A stretch of DNA of 64,000 nt from Planktothrix sp. GU0601_MAG3 (GTDB taxonomy: Bacteria > Cyanobacteriota > Cyanobacteriia > Cyanobacteriales > Microcoleaceae). Shown one piece after another: positions 13,189 to 24,586 of this stretch. Under the pieces are notes generated by a model, which was not told where the DNA came from, made no database searches, and worked only from the letters and a program-made list of their open reading frames with translations. The translations under genes were made by a program, and so were the position numbers. Where the stretch lies: assembly GCA_035193785.1 (NCBI GenBank), contig CP136572.1, forward strand, positions 4,660,578 through 4,724,577. Direction: 5' to 3'. The number at the start of each line of letters is the position of its first letter. Position 1 is the stretch's first letter.

Positions 13189-13786
13189 ATGATGTATGAA
13201 TATCGTAAACTTACACCTGAGCAACGCAAAGAAACTGGTTAAACAACGGTTAGCCAAAGGATTTCCTCCCCACTCACCTCCCCATCCTATTCAGATTGAA
13301 GCTTTTTATTTATTAACTGTTGCTTGTTATGAACATCAACCCTATATTTCAACACCCCATCGTCGTCAAGAATTATTAAATTTAATTTTTGAACAATTTA
13401 TTAATGCAGGTTTTGATATTCGGGCTTGGGTTATCCTTCCTAATCATTATCATTTATTGGTTTATGTTGATAAATTTCCAGAATTAAGCCGTTTATTTAA
13501 TATTATTCATGGGCGAACTTCTCGCTACTGGAATTTAGAAGACCAAGTGACAAAACGCAAGATTTGGTACAGTTTTTCAGACCGGATGATTCGCAATGAT
13601 AACCATTATTATCAAACTTTAAATTATCTCCATTTTAATCCGGTTAAACATGATTATGTTCCATCCCCCTATGATTGGGAGGAAAGTAGTGTTCATTGGT
13701 ATATTGAAGATTATGGTCGCCAATGGTTACGCGATGCTTGGGTACAATATCCGGTTAAGGATTATGGGAAAGATTGGGATGATTAA
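13189..13786 (+). CDS. REP-associated tyrosine transposase (RAYT, HUH Y1 family); apparent frameshift ~13231
   Basis: MMYEYRKLTPEQRKE joins LVKQR... HUH motif VILPNHYHLL, catalytic Tyr motif NYLHFNPVKH and W..SS. Flanked by REPs. Confidence 0.88.
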
Positions 13787-13812
13787 TTAATAAAATTAAT
13801 AAATAAATAAGA

Positions 13813-13833
13813 AAGCCCTGAAGGGCTTACTAC
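13813..13833 (-). repeat. Single REP downstream of the RAYT
   Basis: AAGCCCTGAAGGGCTTACTAC is the exact reverse complement of the REP at 12915..12935. Confidence 0.9.
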
Positions 13834-13836
13834 GGG

Positions 13837-14913
13837 TTATTTGGGTTTTCTTAAGATTAAGATGTCCTGGTAGTTGGTGGCGGGAGTTCGTCCACACCAT
13901 AACCCATAATATTTGGCGGAAACTGTAAAACCTAATGCTTCAATCCACTGCATTACTAACGCTTCTCGATGACCCATATCACTTTCGGGAATTTCTAAAT
14001 TTGAGAAAAATGAGTCTTCAAATTCATGGATTAAATTTTGAGAACTTTTTCCGGCTTTAATCAGAGCTTCTGATTCTTCATTTAATAAAAAGAATGTACA
14101 TAAACACCGTCCCCCCGGTTTGAGAACTCGATAAACTTCTTTGAGATAATTTTGCACCGCATTCGCATATAAATGGGTAAATACGGAAGTTAAGAAAACA
14201 AAATCAAATTGTTGGTCGGGATAGGGAAAATCATAGTTTTCTACTTTAATTGTTCCTTCTGTATTATAGCGTTTATTATAAATATTCGCCCATTGAAAGT
14301 TGAAATTAGGTCGATGTTCATGGATCACAGATTGATTCCATTTAATCCATTTTTCCACAATATCAAACCCTTCATAACGAGCGCTATCATCCAAATAATA
14401 GGCGAGGGAATAGGCCATACGACCCACACCACATCCCGCATCTAAAATAGATTCGTGGGGTTTTAATTGAGCTTTATTAACAAAATGACCGAGAAAATCA
14501 CAGGCGACAAATTTAAAACTTCCTCCCACTCCTACCCGATCTTCTTTCTCGGGAACTGGGAGAATAGATTCTAATAAATTAAATAAAATTTCTCCCGCCT
14601 CTCCCTTGACTAAAGGAATTAATTGTACTAAGGTATTAAATTGATCCGGTGCAATTACCTCTACGGGAATATAAATTAAAAATCGAGCTTGGTCAGCGTT
14701 AGGTAAGGTGGGAAATAGTTTATTAACATCTGGACTAGGTAGGTTTTTTTCGATTTTGAATTGGGTGATTTCTTGACCCCCAATTATTAACTTAAATCCT
14801 TCTATGGGTTCACCTTGAATTGAAGTTACCCATCCTTTTAAACGGACTTGATCCGCTTCTAGGGTAACATCTCCTAAACAGCCGAGGGTCTTGGGAGGAT
14901 GATTTGATTCCAT
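13837..14913 (-). CDS. Class I SAM-dependent methyltransferase
   Basis: ILDAGCGVG motif I; FDFVFLTSVFTH; RVLKPGG. Confidence 0.85.
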   Translation of the reverse strand: MESNHPPKTLGCLGDVTLEADQVRLKGWVTSIQGEPIEGFKLIIGGQEITQFKIEKNLPSPDVNKLFPTLPNADQARFLIYIPVEVIAPDQFNTLVQLIPLVKGEAGEILFNLLESILPVPEKEDRVGVGGSFKFVACDFLGHFVNKAQLKPHESILDAGCGVGRMAYSLAYYLDDSARYEGFDIVEKWIKWNQSVIHEHRPNFNFQWANIYNKRYNTEGTIKVENYDFPYPDQQFDFVFLTSVFTHLYANAVQNYLKEVYRVLKPGGRCLCTFFLLNEESEALIKAGKSSQNLIHEFEDSFFSNLEIPESDMGHREALVMQWIEALGFTVSAKYYGLWCGRTPATNYQDILILRKPK

Positions 14914-15067
14914 AAGATGATTTTTGGTAACTTTAATTGAATGAAGAATTATTACCTTAATTTTATTAGTTTGTCAAGATTTATAGCGTTAAAAATTATT
15001 CTCCCCTCTCCGACAGCAAGGAGAGGTGAAGTTTAATTACTATTACCTGTTTTTTGATTTAGACTGA

Positions 15068-15605
15068 CTATAATAGGCGTTCTAAGATCCTAATTATAGC
15101 TGTCCGTTGTTCTAAATCATATCCCCAACGTTCTAAGAATTCTTGATAGGTTTCCTGCTCCGGTTTGAATAGTATTGAATAGTTGTTGAAGGCGCGATCG
15201 CAAAACAGAAAAATTCAACTGTTGAATTAAATTAGAAGAACGTTGAACAACCTGTTGTGAACTTTCCTGCATTTCTAAGTTATTATGTCGATGATGATAA
15301 ACGACCATTGCCGCCGACATCGCCACATTTTTAACCAGTAAATCTGACACAATTTCCGGCGAGGTTTCTAAGGCTTGAATGATCGAAGCAATAGGCTGAT
15401 CAAAACCAGGGCGAGCATCGGTTAAATAAGTCACAAAAAAGCCCCTAGCCCCATTATGAGTTTTAACTAACTTCGTGATCACCCGTGTAATTTCAGCCTC
15501 CAATAACGAGTTTTCTTCTAGTTTATTTAACAACAGTTCAGTAATTTCTATACCTTGCTCAAAGGTAATATTTTCGGGAACTAATATGGAAGATAAATCG
15601 GCCAT
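15068..15605 (-). CDS. Hypothetical protein (apparent frameshift ~15150)
   Basis: ORF 15117..15605 continues as GTYQEFLERWGYD...LL* to 15068 after removing one base. No recognisable motif. Confidence 0.7.
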
Positions 15606-15653
15606 AGATATTTTTGATAAAGAGTTTGATCACACCTAAAACCCAAAATCACC

Positions 15654-16041
15654 CTAATGTCCTTCGACCAAATTTTGATATTCCTCTACGGATAAAGTAT
15701 CTTCTAAATCACTGGCGTCTGTTATTTCAACTTTGACTAACCATCCGTCTCCATAGGGATCATCCGATAGTATTTCGGGAGAATCTTCGAGGGCCGTATT
15801 ACAATCAATGATCGTACCGCCGATGGGGGAAAATAATTCTTCAACCGCCTTCACCGACTCAACGGTTTCCAAACCTTTCGCCCCTCTCCATTTTATCCCC
15901 AACCTTGGGTAATTCCACAAAGACAATATCTCCGAGTTGACTCACCGCAAAGCTGGTAATACCAATGGTGGCAATTTCGCCCTCCAGTTTGACATATTCA
16001 TGGGTATCTAAATATTTCAGGTCTTCAGGATAGGATGTCAT
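15654..16041 (-). CDS. gcvH: Glycine cleavage system H protein (apparent frameshift ~15865)
   Basis: [15 protein letters not shown], lipoyl-Lys motif VESVKAV, DPYGDGW. Confidence 0.95.
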
Positions 16042-16135
16042 CGGGGTTCCTCACAATCTATTGACTATATTAATGGTTCACAAAATCTATTAAACTACAA
16101 AATTAGGATAAAAACAGGTTTAGCTTGTAAATACC

Positions 16136-16960
16136 ATGACCGACCGCCGGACTTTAATCAAACGCTTTGTTATTGGTGACTTTTCCCTAAAACGAATCAT
16201 CCGTTTTCTGATAATTTTGTATGTAGCGGTTGGAGTTTGGGCCTACTTCTATTCGGAACGTTTAATTTTTATCCCCCAACCTTCGAGTTATGAATGGAAT
16301 CCAGAATTACTGACTCTAAAAACCCCCGAGGATGTCAAAATTAAGGCGTTATATTTACCTAATCCCAAAGCTAAATATACTATTCTTTATAGTCATGGCA
16401 ATGCGGAGGATTTAGGAGATATTCGCGTTGTCTTAGAATTACTTCGTCAGATGGGATTTGCGGTTTTTTCCTATGATTATCCCGGCTATGGAATCAGCAC
16501 GGGTAAACCTTCAGAACAGGGGGCTTATCAAGCGGTTGATGCTGCCTATAATTATCTCACACAACAGTTAAAAATTTCCCCAAATCAGATTATTGTTTAT
16601 GGCCGTTCTCTGGGTGGGGGGCCATCGGTGGATTTAGCCTCCCGTCAACCCGTGGCGGGTTTGGTACTAGAAAGTACCTTTATTAGCACCTTTCGGGTTA
16701 AGATAGACTTTCCTTTATATCCTTTTGATAAGTTTACCAATCTGAGCAAAATTCCCTTAGTTAAAGCTCCGGTTTTAGTGATTCATGGCACTGTTGATCA
16801 AGTGATTCCGTTTAGTCATGGACAACGATTATTTTCCGCCGTAAATACTCCTAAATTGTCTTTTTGGGTGGAAGGGGCTGATCATAATGATGTCAGTGAA
16901 GTGGCGGGCGATCGCTATGAACAAATATTAAAAGAATTTATCCAAACTATTATAAATTAA
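16136..16960 (+). CDS. Alpha/beta hydrolase
   Basis: HGNAED, GRSLGG nucleophile elbow, HGTVD, GADHND. Confidence 0.9.
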   Translation: MTDRRTLIKRFVIGDFSLKRIIRFLIILYVAVGVWAYFYSERLIFIPQPSSYEWNPELLTLKTPEDVKIKALYLPNPKAKYTILYSHGNAEDLGDIRVVLELLRQMGFAVFSYDYPGYGISTGKPSEQGAYQAVDAAYNYLTQQLKISPNQIIVYGRSLGGGPSVDLASRQPVAGLVLESTFISTFRVKIDFPLYPFDKFTNLSKIPLVKAPVLVIHGTVDQVIPFSHGQRLFSAVNTPKLSFWVEGADHNDVSEVAGDRYEQILKEFIQTIIN

Positions 16961-17113
16961 ATCTTTATCTATTGTAGATTTGTTGGCCTGTTGCTGCATG
17001 AATTTATGTTACAACTACAGTGCTTTTTTAAAATTTAGCTACGATCTAAATTATATTTTTATTTAGTCAAAAAGTGTCAATTGTTAAAGACAAAGGGGAG
17101 GAGATGCTTAAAT

Positions 17114-17193
17114 ATAAGCAAAATCTATAGTATTTATCAGATATATCTGTCATATTGATATGCTTTTGGATATATTCATATACTAATGTCTAT
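17114..17193. promoter_or_regulatory. Candidate LysR-type (CcmR/NdhR-like) operator upstream of ndhF3
   Basis: ATAAGCAAAATCTAT (T-N11-A core) at 17114 and ATAT-N8-CTAT at 17178. ndhF3 operons are known CcmR targets, but the region is AT-rich so chance matches are likely. Confidence 0.35.
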
Positions 17194-17335
17194 AGTATAT
17201 TAATATTCGACAGCAAAAAGTCTATGTAACTTTTTGAACTCCCAGCGACTTCAAAAAGCCACAAAACCTTTGGGATGAGGTTTTCCCCCAAGGTATTTCT
17301 TCATATTTCTGCAAACTGATCAATAGGTCGCACCA

Positions 17336-19172
17336 ATGACTGATTTTTTCCTAAAAACTATTTGGTGGATACCCTGCTACCCATTAATTGGAGCTTTGTT
17401 ATCTACCCTCTGGTTTCCCTCGATTATTCGGCGCACTGGCCCCCGTCCGGCCGGATATCTCAATATTCTCACCACCCTATTCGCCTTTGTACATGGGTTA
17501 TTCGCCCTAACTGAAATTTGGGGTCAACCTGCCCAACAGTTAATCATTCCTTGGTTTAGCATCGTTAACCTCAACTTAGATATCCCCCTAGAAGTCTCTG
17601 TTGTCACCGTTGCTGCCACCTTGGTTATTACTGGGTTAAATATTTTAGCCCAAATTTACGCCGTCGGTTATATGGAAATGGACTGGGGCTGGTCGCGATT
17701 CTATTCTCTATTAGCCTTATTTGAAGCCGGGTTATGTGGGTTAGTCCTGTGTAATTCCCTATTCCACAGTTACATAATTCTGGAAGTTCTCACATTAGGA
17801 ACTTATTTGTTGGTGGGATTGTGGTTTAACCAACCCTTGGTTGTCACCGGAGCTAGGGATGCCTTTTTAACCAAACGGGTCGGAGACCTATTTCTATTAA
17901 TGGGAGTAGTTGCCCTATTTCCCCTCGCCGGAACTTGGAATTTTACGGAGTTAGCCCAATGGTCACAAACGGCCCAACTTGACCCGAAGGTTGCCACCCT
18001 ATTAGGGTTAGCATTACTGGCGGGGCCACTAGGAAAATGTGCCCAATTTCCCCTACATTTATGGTTAGATGAAGCCATGGAAGGCCCCCTTCCTAGTACG
18101 ATTTTACGCAATTCTGTTGTCGTTGCCTCTGGAGCTTGGGTGCTAGTCAAAATGCAGCCCGTTTTAGCTTTGTCTCCTTTAGTAATGTCAACGATGGTGT
18201 TTATTGGGTTAGCAACCTCCGTGGGAGCCAGTTGTATTGCTATTGCTCAAATTGATATAAAACGTGCCCTTTCCTATTCCGTTAGTGCCTATATGGGCAT
18301 CACCTTTATTGCCGTCGGAAACTGGACAAACCCAAGCGGCTCTTTCTATTTTATTTAGCTACGCCTTACCCATGGCATTATTAGTGATGACCACCGGGGG
18401 AATTATTAGTAATAATATCACCCAAGATTTAACCCAATATGGCGGTTTATGGTCACGGCGTCCGATATCGGGATTGTGTTTTTTAGTGGGAATTATCGCC
18501 TTAGTTGCCGTTCCTCCCTTTGGCGGTTTTTGGACAATATTAGAGTTAGCAGAAACCCTCTGGAACACTCAACCCGCTATTGCACTTTGCCTATTTTTAG
18601 TCAATGGTTTAACCGTCTTTAGTTTAACCCGTGAATTTGGGTTGATTTTTACCGGAAAACCCAAACAAATGACCACCCGTTCCCCGGAAGTTTTATGGGC
18701 AATGGTATTACCTATGACCATTTTAGCCGGATTCTGTCTGCATATTCCCCTGTTATTAAAACAATGGAATTTATTACCCCAAGGGGAAACAATTAATCTA
18801 ACGGTTGCCGGTTTATTAATCACCTCGACGGTTTTAGGATGGGGACTCAGTGCGATGATTTATTGGAATAGCAATTGGCAAAAACCTGTCAAACTGCCCT
18901 CTCAAGCTGTACAAGACTTCTTTGCTTATGACTTTTACACCGCAAAACTGTATCGAGTCACGATTATTTTCATAGTCGGCTTCATCTCTAATATTATGTA
19001 TTGGATTGACCGCTATATCGTAGATGGATTTGTCAACCTAGTGGGAATAGCAACGATTTTTAGTGGGCAAAGTTTGAAATACAATGTTTCTGGCCAAACC
19101 CAATTTTATGCCTTGACGATCATTTTTGGAGTGACTTTACTTTTAGGATTTTTTACGCTTAATTTGTTTTAA
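17336..19172 (+). CDS. ndhF3: NAD(P)H dehydrogenase subunit F3 (CO2 uptake); apparent frameshift ~18319
   Basis: RRTGPRPAGY, GYMEMDWGW, AQFPLHLWLDEAMEGP; same cluster as cupA. Confidence 0.9.
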
Positions 19173-19252
19173 AATGGTTCCCGCTTTTCCTCTATAATCC
19201 ATCCAAGGGATTAATTTTCTGAATGTTCCAATCCACTTAATGTAAAAAAATC

Positions 19253-19958
19253 ATGGACAAAACTCAACAAAACTTAAACATCTCCCGTCGGAATTTATTA
19301 AAGTTTGGTGCAGGAGTAGCGGGAAACTGCGGCTTTAACTACGGGATTAGGAACAAAAGTAAGTTTGTTTAAACCTCAACCCGCCGTTGCCCAGAACGAT
19401 ATTACCTCCGAAGAAGCATTAAAACAACTGTTAGAAGGAAACCAACGATTTATCGAAAATAAACGAAAAAGCCCCAATCAAACCATAACCAGAGTTAAAG
19501 AAGTTGCCCAAGGACAAGCCCCCTTTGCAGCCATCCTCAGTTGTGCAGATTCCCGGGTGCCTGCGGAAATTATTTTTGACCGAGGTTTTGGGGATTTATT
19601 CGTAGTTAGAAATGCCGGAAATGTTGCTACTCCTGAAGAAATTGGTAGTCTTGAATTTGGAACATTAGTATTAGGAGCCAAAGTCCTAATGGTGATGGGT
19701 CATCAAAGTTGTGGGGCGGTCAAAGCCACCATTGCGGGTAATGCAGTTCCGGGTCAAATTGCCAGCATTTTAGATGCCATTAAACCGGCGATAAAACCCA
19801 ATCAAACCTTAGAAGAATCGACCATTGCTAATGTTAAATTGGGAATTAGTCGTTTACAGGCTTCTCCAGTTATTTCCCAATTAATTAAAGACGGGAAATT
19901 AAAAATAGCAGGAGGCTACTATAATTTAGAAACTGGCATGGTAAAAGTTGTGGCTTAA
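19253..19958 (+). CDS. Beta-carbonic anhydrase with Tat signal peptide, EcaB-like; apparent frameshift ~19323
   Basis: N-terminus MDKTQQNLNISRRNLLKFG...PAVAQ; zinc ligands CADSR and HQSCG; GDLFVVRNAGN. Confidence 0.9.
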
Positions 19959-20062
19959 ACCTACCTTCAGCAAGTTTATAATCACGCTTAATTTTGCGGC
20001 TAATTTGAGATAAACTTGCTTAAGATAGTTTTAACTCCATGGCTTTGACCAGGTAAAACAAC

Positions 20063-20785
20063 ATGAACCAAGATTACAAGACACCCAATTATACCCGCAG
20101 ACATTTATTACAATATGGTGTTTGCATTGCCGGAACAGCCCTGTTTACGGCGGGAATAACAACGAAATTTTTAGACAAAGAAAAACAGAAAACTCTCGGA
20201 GAAACTGCTAGTTGTGAACCCAAAGAAATAACCAGGGAAGCAGCTTTGGAAAGATTAATGTTAGGAAACAAACGGTTTATGGAACATAAACAGAAACATC
20301 CTAACCAAAATCGAGAACGCATCGCAGAAGTTAGCGAAGGTCAAAAACCCTTTGCGGCTATCTTGGGGTGTGCTGATTCCAGAGTAGCACCAGAAATTAT
20401 TTTTGATCAAGGTTTGGGCGATATTTTTGTGGTTCGTAATGCGGGGAATGTTGTTACCTCTGAAGAAGTAGGCAGTCTGGAATTTGGTGCTTTAGAATTA
20501 GGAGTTAAAACTATCATAATTCTGGGTCATCAAAAATGTGGAGCGGTTAAAGCCACCATGCAAGGAAATGCTGTACCTGGTAAAATTGGTAGTATCATCA
20601 GTGCAATTAAACCAGCAATTAAAGGCGACCAAACTTGGGATGAAGCGGTTATTGCTAATGTGAAACTCGAAATAAAACGCTTAAAATCTTCTCCGATTAT
20701 TGCTAAATTAATTACCGATGAAAAATTAAATGTCGTCGGCGGTTTGTATAAATTAGAGACCGGAGAAGTCAAGATAATTACCTAA
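20063..20785 (+). CDS. Second beta-carbonic anhydrase with twin-arginine motif
   Basis: TRRHLLQYG followed by a hydrophobic stretch; CADSR and HQKCG. Clear paralog of the upstream gene. Confidence 0.9.
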   Translation: MNQDYKTPNYTRRHLLQYGVCIAGTALFTAGITTKFLDKEKQKTLGETASCEPKEITREAALERLMLGNKRFMEHKQKHPNQNRERIAEVSEGQKPFAAILGCADSRVAPEIIFDQGLGDIFVVRNAGNVVTSEEVGSLEFGALELGVKTIIILGHQKCGAVKATMQGNAVPGKIGSIISAIKPAIKGDQTWDEAVIANVKLEIKRLKSSPIIAKLITDEKLNVVGGLYKLETGEVKIIT

Positions 20786-20986
20786 AATTTTTGTGAGAAT
20801 AGAAATTTTATCCCAAAAATTACCGAAGGCGTAATAAATAATTTCTATTTTCACTATCCAAATTTTAAATATTAGAATTTTACCTTTTTTTGAGCCGGGT
20901 AAGTTATGATTAATAAAGTTTGGAAACTAAATTTTTGGTTAACTTAAATATTCCTGAGATTCCCCTGATTTTAAAACCCTAAACTT

Positions 20987-22475
20987 ATGTTGAGTGCTTT
21001 AATTATTATTCCAGTTTTGGCAGTTCTATTAATTGGACTTTTGCCCAAACAACTCTCGGCTTCTCAAGTTCGTTCCATTGCTTTAGCGATTACAGGTGTG
21101 ATTTTAATTTGGACAATAAAACTCGCCTTTGATTTTGATTTAACCAATCCTAATTTCCAACTACAAGAATATTTAGCTTGGATTCCCCAATTGGGACTAT
21201 CCTATAGTTTAGGAATAGATGGTTTATCCTTTCCCTTAATTGCCTTAAGCGGGGTTTTAACCTTTATTGTCATTGCCAGCAGTCACGAAAATCTGGAGCG
21301 TCCTCGCCTCTATTACTCCATGATTTTATTAGTCAATGCGGCAATTGCTGGAGCATTTTTATCTCAAAACTTACTCCTATTTGTCCTATTCTATGAATTG
21401 GAATTAATCCCAATTTATCTTTTAATTAGCATCTGGGGTAGTGAGAAACGCGCCTATGCGGGCATGAAATTTCTGATTTATACCGCCCTTTCTGGAATTC
21501 TGATTTTAGCCGGATTTTTAGGCATGGCTTGGCTAAGTGATGCCGGAAGTTTTGATTATTCTGCCATTCAAACCCAGAACTTTGAATTAACAACTCAGTT
21601 AATTTTGCTCACCGTTTTACTATTAGGATTTGGGATCAAAATTCCCCTAGTTTCCCCTGCACACTTGGTTACCCGATGCCTATGTCGAATCTTCTCCCCC
21701 CGTGACAATTTTATTAGGAGGAATTTTAGCAAAATTAGGAGCCTATGGTTTAATTCGGTTTGGCTTACAACTGTTCCCTGAAGCCTGGCATATTGTTAGC
21801 CCCACCCTGGCAACAATTGGAGTAATTAGTGTGTTATACGGAGCCCTAACCGCTATTGCTCAACAGGATATTAAACGCATGGTAGCCTATAGTTCTATTG
21901 GTCACATGGGTTATATTTTAGTAGCGGCAGCGGCCGCCAATGAATTAAGCTTAATTGGGGCAATTGCCCAAATGGTAGCCCACGGTTTAATCTTAGCAAT
22001 TCTGTTTCAATTAGTGGGAATTGTAGAAGAAAAAGTCGGAACCAGGGACTTAAATATTCTCAATGGTTTAATGAATCCCATTCGCGGTTTACCCCTAACC
22101 AGTGCCCTATTAATTATGGCAGGAATGGCAAGTGCTGGAATCCCTGGGTTAGTGGGATTTGTCGCCGAGTTTCCCGTTTTTCAAGGGACATTTTCGATCT
22201 TCCCAATTCACAGTTTACTGTGTATTATTGCCTCCGGTTTAACGGCCGTTTATTTTGTGATTCTCCTGAACCGAACTTGTTTTGGTAAACTGGATAATAA
22301 ATTAGCTTATTATCCTAAAGTCACCTTCTCAGAACAAGCTCCCGCATTAATTTTAGCCGCGTTTATTTTCATTCTCGGGATACAACCTAATTGGTTATTT
22401 CGATGGATGGAACCCACCGCCCAAAGCATGGTTATTGCCTTAAATCAATCCGTTTCCTACCCAAATCGCCATTAA
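20987..22475 (+). CDS. ndhD3: NAD(P)H dehydrogenase subunit D3; apparent frameshift ~21650
   Basis: FYELELIP, KIPLV[PLHTWLPDAY], KRMVAYSSIGHMG, GLMNPIRGLP. Confidence 0.9.
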
Positions 22476-22486
22476 ACAATAAACCC

Positions 22487-22546
22487 GTAGGGGCGGGTTC
22501 AAATCAATCTTTCTGAACCCAGCATTAACCGACCTAAACCCGCCCC
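22487..22546. repeat. GTAG-footed inverted repeat (REP-like) between ndhD3 and cupA
   Basis: GTAGGGGCGGGTT...AAACCCGCCCC; related copy at 50515..50572. Confidence 0.7.
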
Positions 22547-22588
22547 ATCTATCCCAATTTTTAAAAATAATTAAAACCAGGAAAAATT

Positions 22589-23881
22589 ATGACAACTGCA
22601 ACTGTCTCACAAACAAAATTACCCCCCTCAACCCATGAATTTTCCCAGATTATTCACCGCTTAGAAGCCGGGGGAGCAATGTTACCCGATACCCCAGAAA
22701 ACTTAATGCAAATTATCGGGATTTATAAAGCCTATGCAGTACCAATGGATTTCTATTGGCGGGATTTACTTTATATTGCAGAACAAGTTTTTTTAAATCC
22801 CTTACCCTTTTTAAAATACTTCATTCCTCAAGAATATTTAGACCTGCATAATCATTATGCTGGCGATGATGCCGATTTAAGAGTTTGGCGAGGAGAAGCA
22901 ACAGCACACCCGGAATTATTAGCCTTTATGGAAAAGGGTGAAACCACAAAAATGCCAAAATTATTTCATCATTTATGGCATGATCGAGTTAATATGGAAT
23001 TTGCCGAAGCCTGTATGCAAGCCATGTTTTGGCATCGAGATATGGGGGGACAATTTGATCCCTATTTAGACACCGATGAATATAAAACTAATGCCGATAA
23101 AGCCATTAAAGCCTATTTTAAGAAAAATCCGATGATGATGGGATTATATAATCTATTCCCCGATTTATTCTTAGAACAGGTAAAAATGATGTCCTATTAT
23201 AGTAATTTAGGACTATTCTGGGAAGTGATGGCCCCGGTATTTTTTGAAATGAGTGATCTCTATGATGAAGGCAAAATTACCAGTGTTCCTGAAGCGATGA
23301 ATTTTCTGGTTAATGGGATTTTTGCCATCGCTGGTCGCCCTATTTATCATCATGTTTATATTGATGGGAAATGCTATGAAATTATCCCCAAATCTAAAGG
23401 GTTTATGTGGTTATATGAAGCGGCATTACCCTACGTTGAAGCGGTGTTTTATCGCACGTCTCCCTTCCGAGGAACGAAATCCTATAATGCTCAAGCAAAC
23501 CAAGTTCCTAGTGATCAAAATGACTTCCATTATGGGATTCTTTATGCGGATATTTTCCCCGTTGGGACAGCCGGAATTCCCCCAACCTTATTAATGCAAG
23601 ATATGTTACATTTCTTGCCACCTTATTTAGTTGAATATTATCAAAAACATTGCCGCGGTGAGGATGATATGTTAATTCAGTTAGCCAATAGTTTTCAACG
23701 GTCAATGTATTGTGTCACGTCTGCGGTAATTCAAGCGTTACGCACGGCTTTACTGTATCCCTTAGATGATCAAAATCCCAAACATTTGATGGCAAATCGT
23801 CAATTTTTTGAAGCTCAATTAGATCGGTTTAAACGTCCCGAAGCACGATTAAGAGATATTCAAAGCTCTGATTATCGTTAA
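22589..23881 (+). CDS. cupA: CO2 hydration protein CupA (ChpY)
   Basis: RLEAGGAMLPDTPENL, HLWHDRVNMEFAE, FRGTKSYNAQ; 430 aa, the CupA rather than CupB size class. Confidence 0.93.
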   Translation: MTTATVSQTKLPPSTHEFSQIIHRLEAGGAMLPDTPENLMQIIGIYKAYAVPMDFYWRDLLYIAEQVFLNPLPFLKYFIPQEYLDLHNHYAGDDADLRVWRGEATAHPELLAFMEKGETTKMPKLFHHLWHDRVNMEFAEACMQAMFWHRDMGGQFDPYLDTDEYKTNADKAIKAYFKKNPMMMGLYNLFPDLFLEQVKMMSYYSNLGLFWEVMAPVFFEMSDLYDEGKITSVPEAMNFLVNGIFAIAGRPIYHHVYIDGKCYEIIPKSKGFMWLYEAALPYVEAVFYRTSPFRGTKSYNAQANQVPSDQNDFHYGILYADIFPVGTAGIPPTLLMQDMLHFLPPYLVEYYQKHCRGEDDMLIQLANSFQRSMYCVTSAVIQALRTALLYPLDDQNPKHLMANRQFFEAQLDRFKRPEARLRDIQSSDYR

Positions 23882-23916
23882 ATTGGGTGTAGGGTGTAGG
23901 ATTAGTTGTTTAATGT

Positions 23917-24573
23917 TTATCCCATTAAATTTTCTACACCCTCGATTCCTAAAGTGGCTTGGTCGATAATTCTTCTGTATTGCAATCGCCATTGTAAGGC
24001 ATTAGAAATCGTTAAATAACCAAGTTTTGGGGGGTGATTTATAATTCTTTCTGCTAACATTTCTCGTCCAATTTCATCAACGGGTAAATTACGTTCTTCT
24101 AAAAAAGCAATAACATCATCTAAATTTCCTTGACGACGCAGAATTTCGCGTAGACCATAGGTTGTTTGATAATCTCCTGTTTGATCCTGATGCACAAAAA
24201 CAGCGTGTTGAAAAACTAACAGACTTGTTTTTAAATCATGTTGATCAATTTTTTCATAAGCGAAAACTAAGAGATGATATCCTAACCCATATATTTTTTG
24301 ACTCGCATCTCGAAAAGGACAAGAAGATTGAGGTTGACGAATGGATGTTACTTTTAGATCAACTTGTTGTTCTGGAAAATCAATACCACTAGCAGCACTT
24401 CCAGGAGTGTAAATATATCTGGCTTTCAGATATTGATTAAAAACTTGTTCAACATAAGTACCAACTGCTTTTCCATCTGTTATTCCATATAAATCAGGAA
24501 TATCTTTTGAACTTAATATCTCAGCAAATTTTCCTGCTTCAGTCTTGAGTAATGATATTGTTAATGGTTTCAT
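23917..24573 (-). CDS. Type II restriction endonuclease, NspV-like
   Basis: LYGITDGKAVGTYVE, GIDFP..VDLKVTSIRQPQSSCPF and ISNALQWRLQY match my recollection of R.NspV; lies directly downstream of a methylase. Confidence 0.75.
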   Translation of the reverse strand: MKPLTISLLKTEAGKFAEILSSKDIPDLYGITDGKAVGTYVEQVFNQYLKARYIYTPGSAASGIDFPEQQVDLKVTSIRQPQSSCPFRDASQKIYGLGYHLLVFAYEKIDQHDLKTSLLVFQHAVFVHQDQTGDYQTTYGLREILRRQGNLDDVIAFLEERNLPVDEIGREMLAERIINHPPKLGYLTISNALQWRLQYRRIIDQATLGIEGVENLMG

Positions 24574-24586
24574 AAAATATAAAATT

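Noticed and set aside
12927..13229. Repetitive 100-aa and 83-aa ORFs
   Set aside because: Read-through of the REP array; only the last ~15 codons of the + strand ORF belong to the RAYT.
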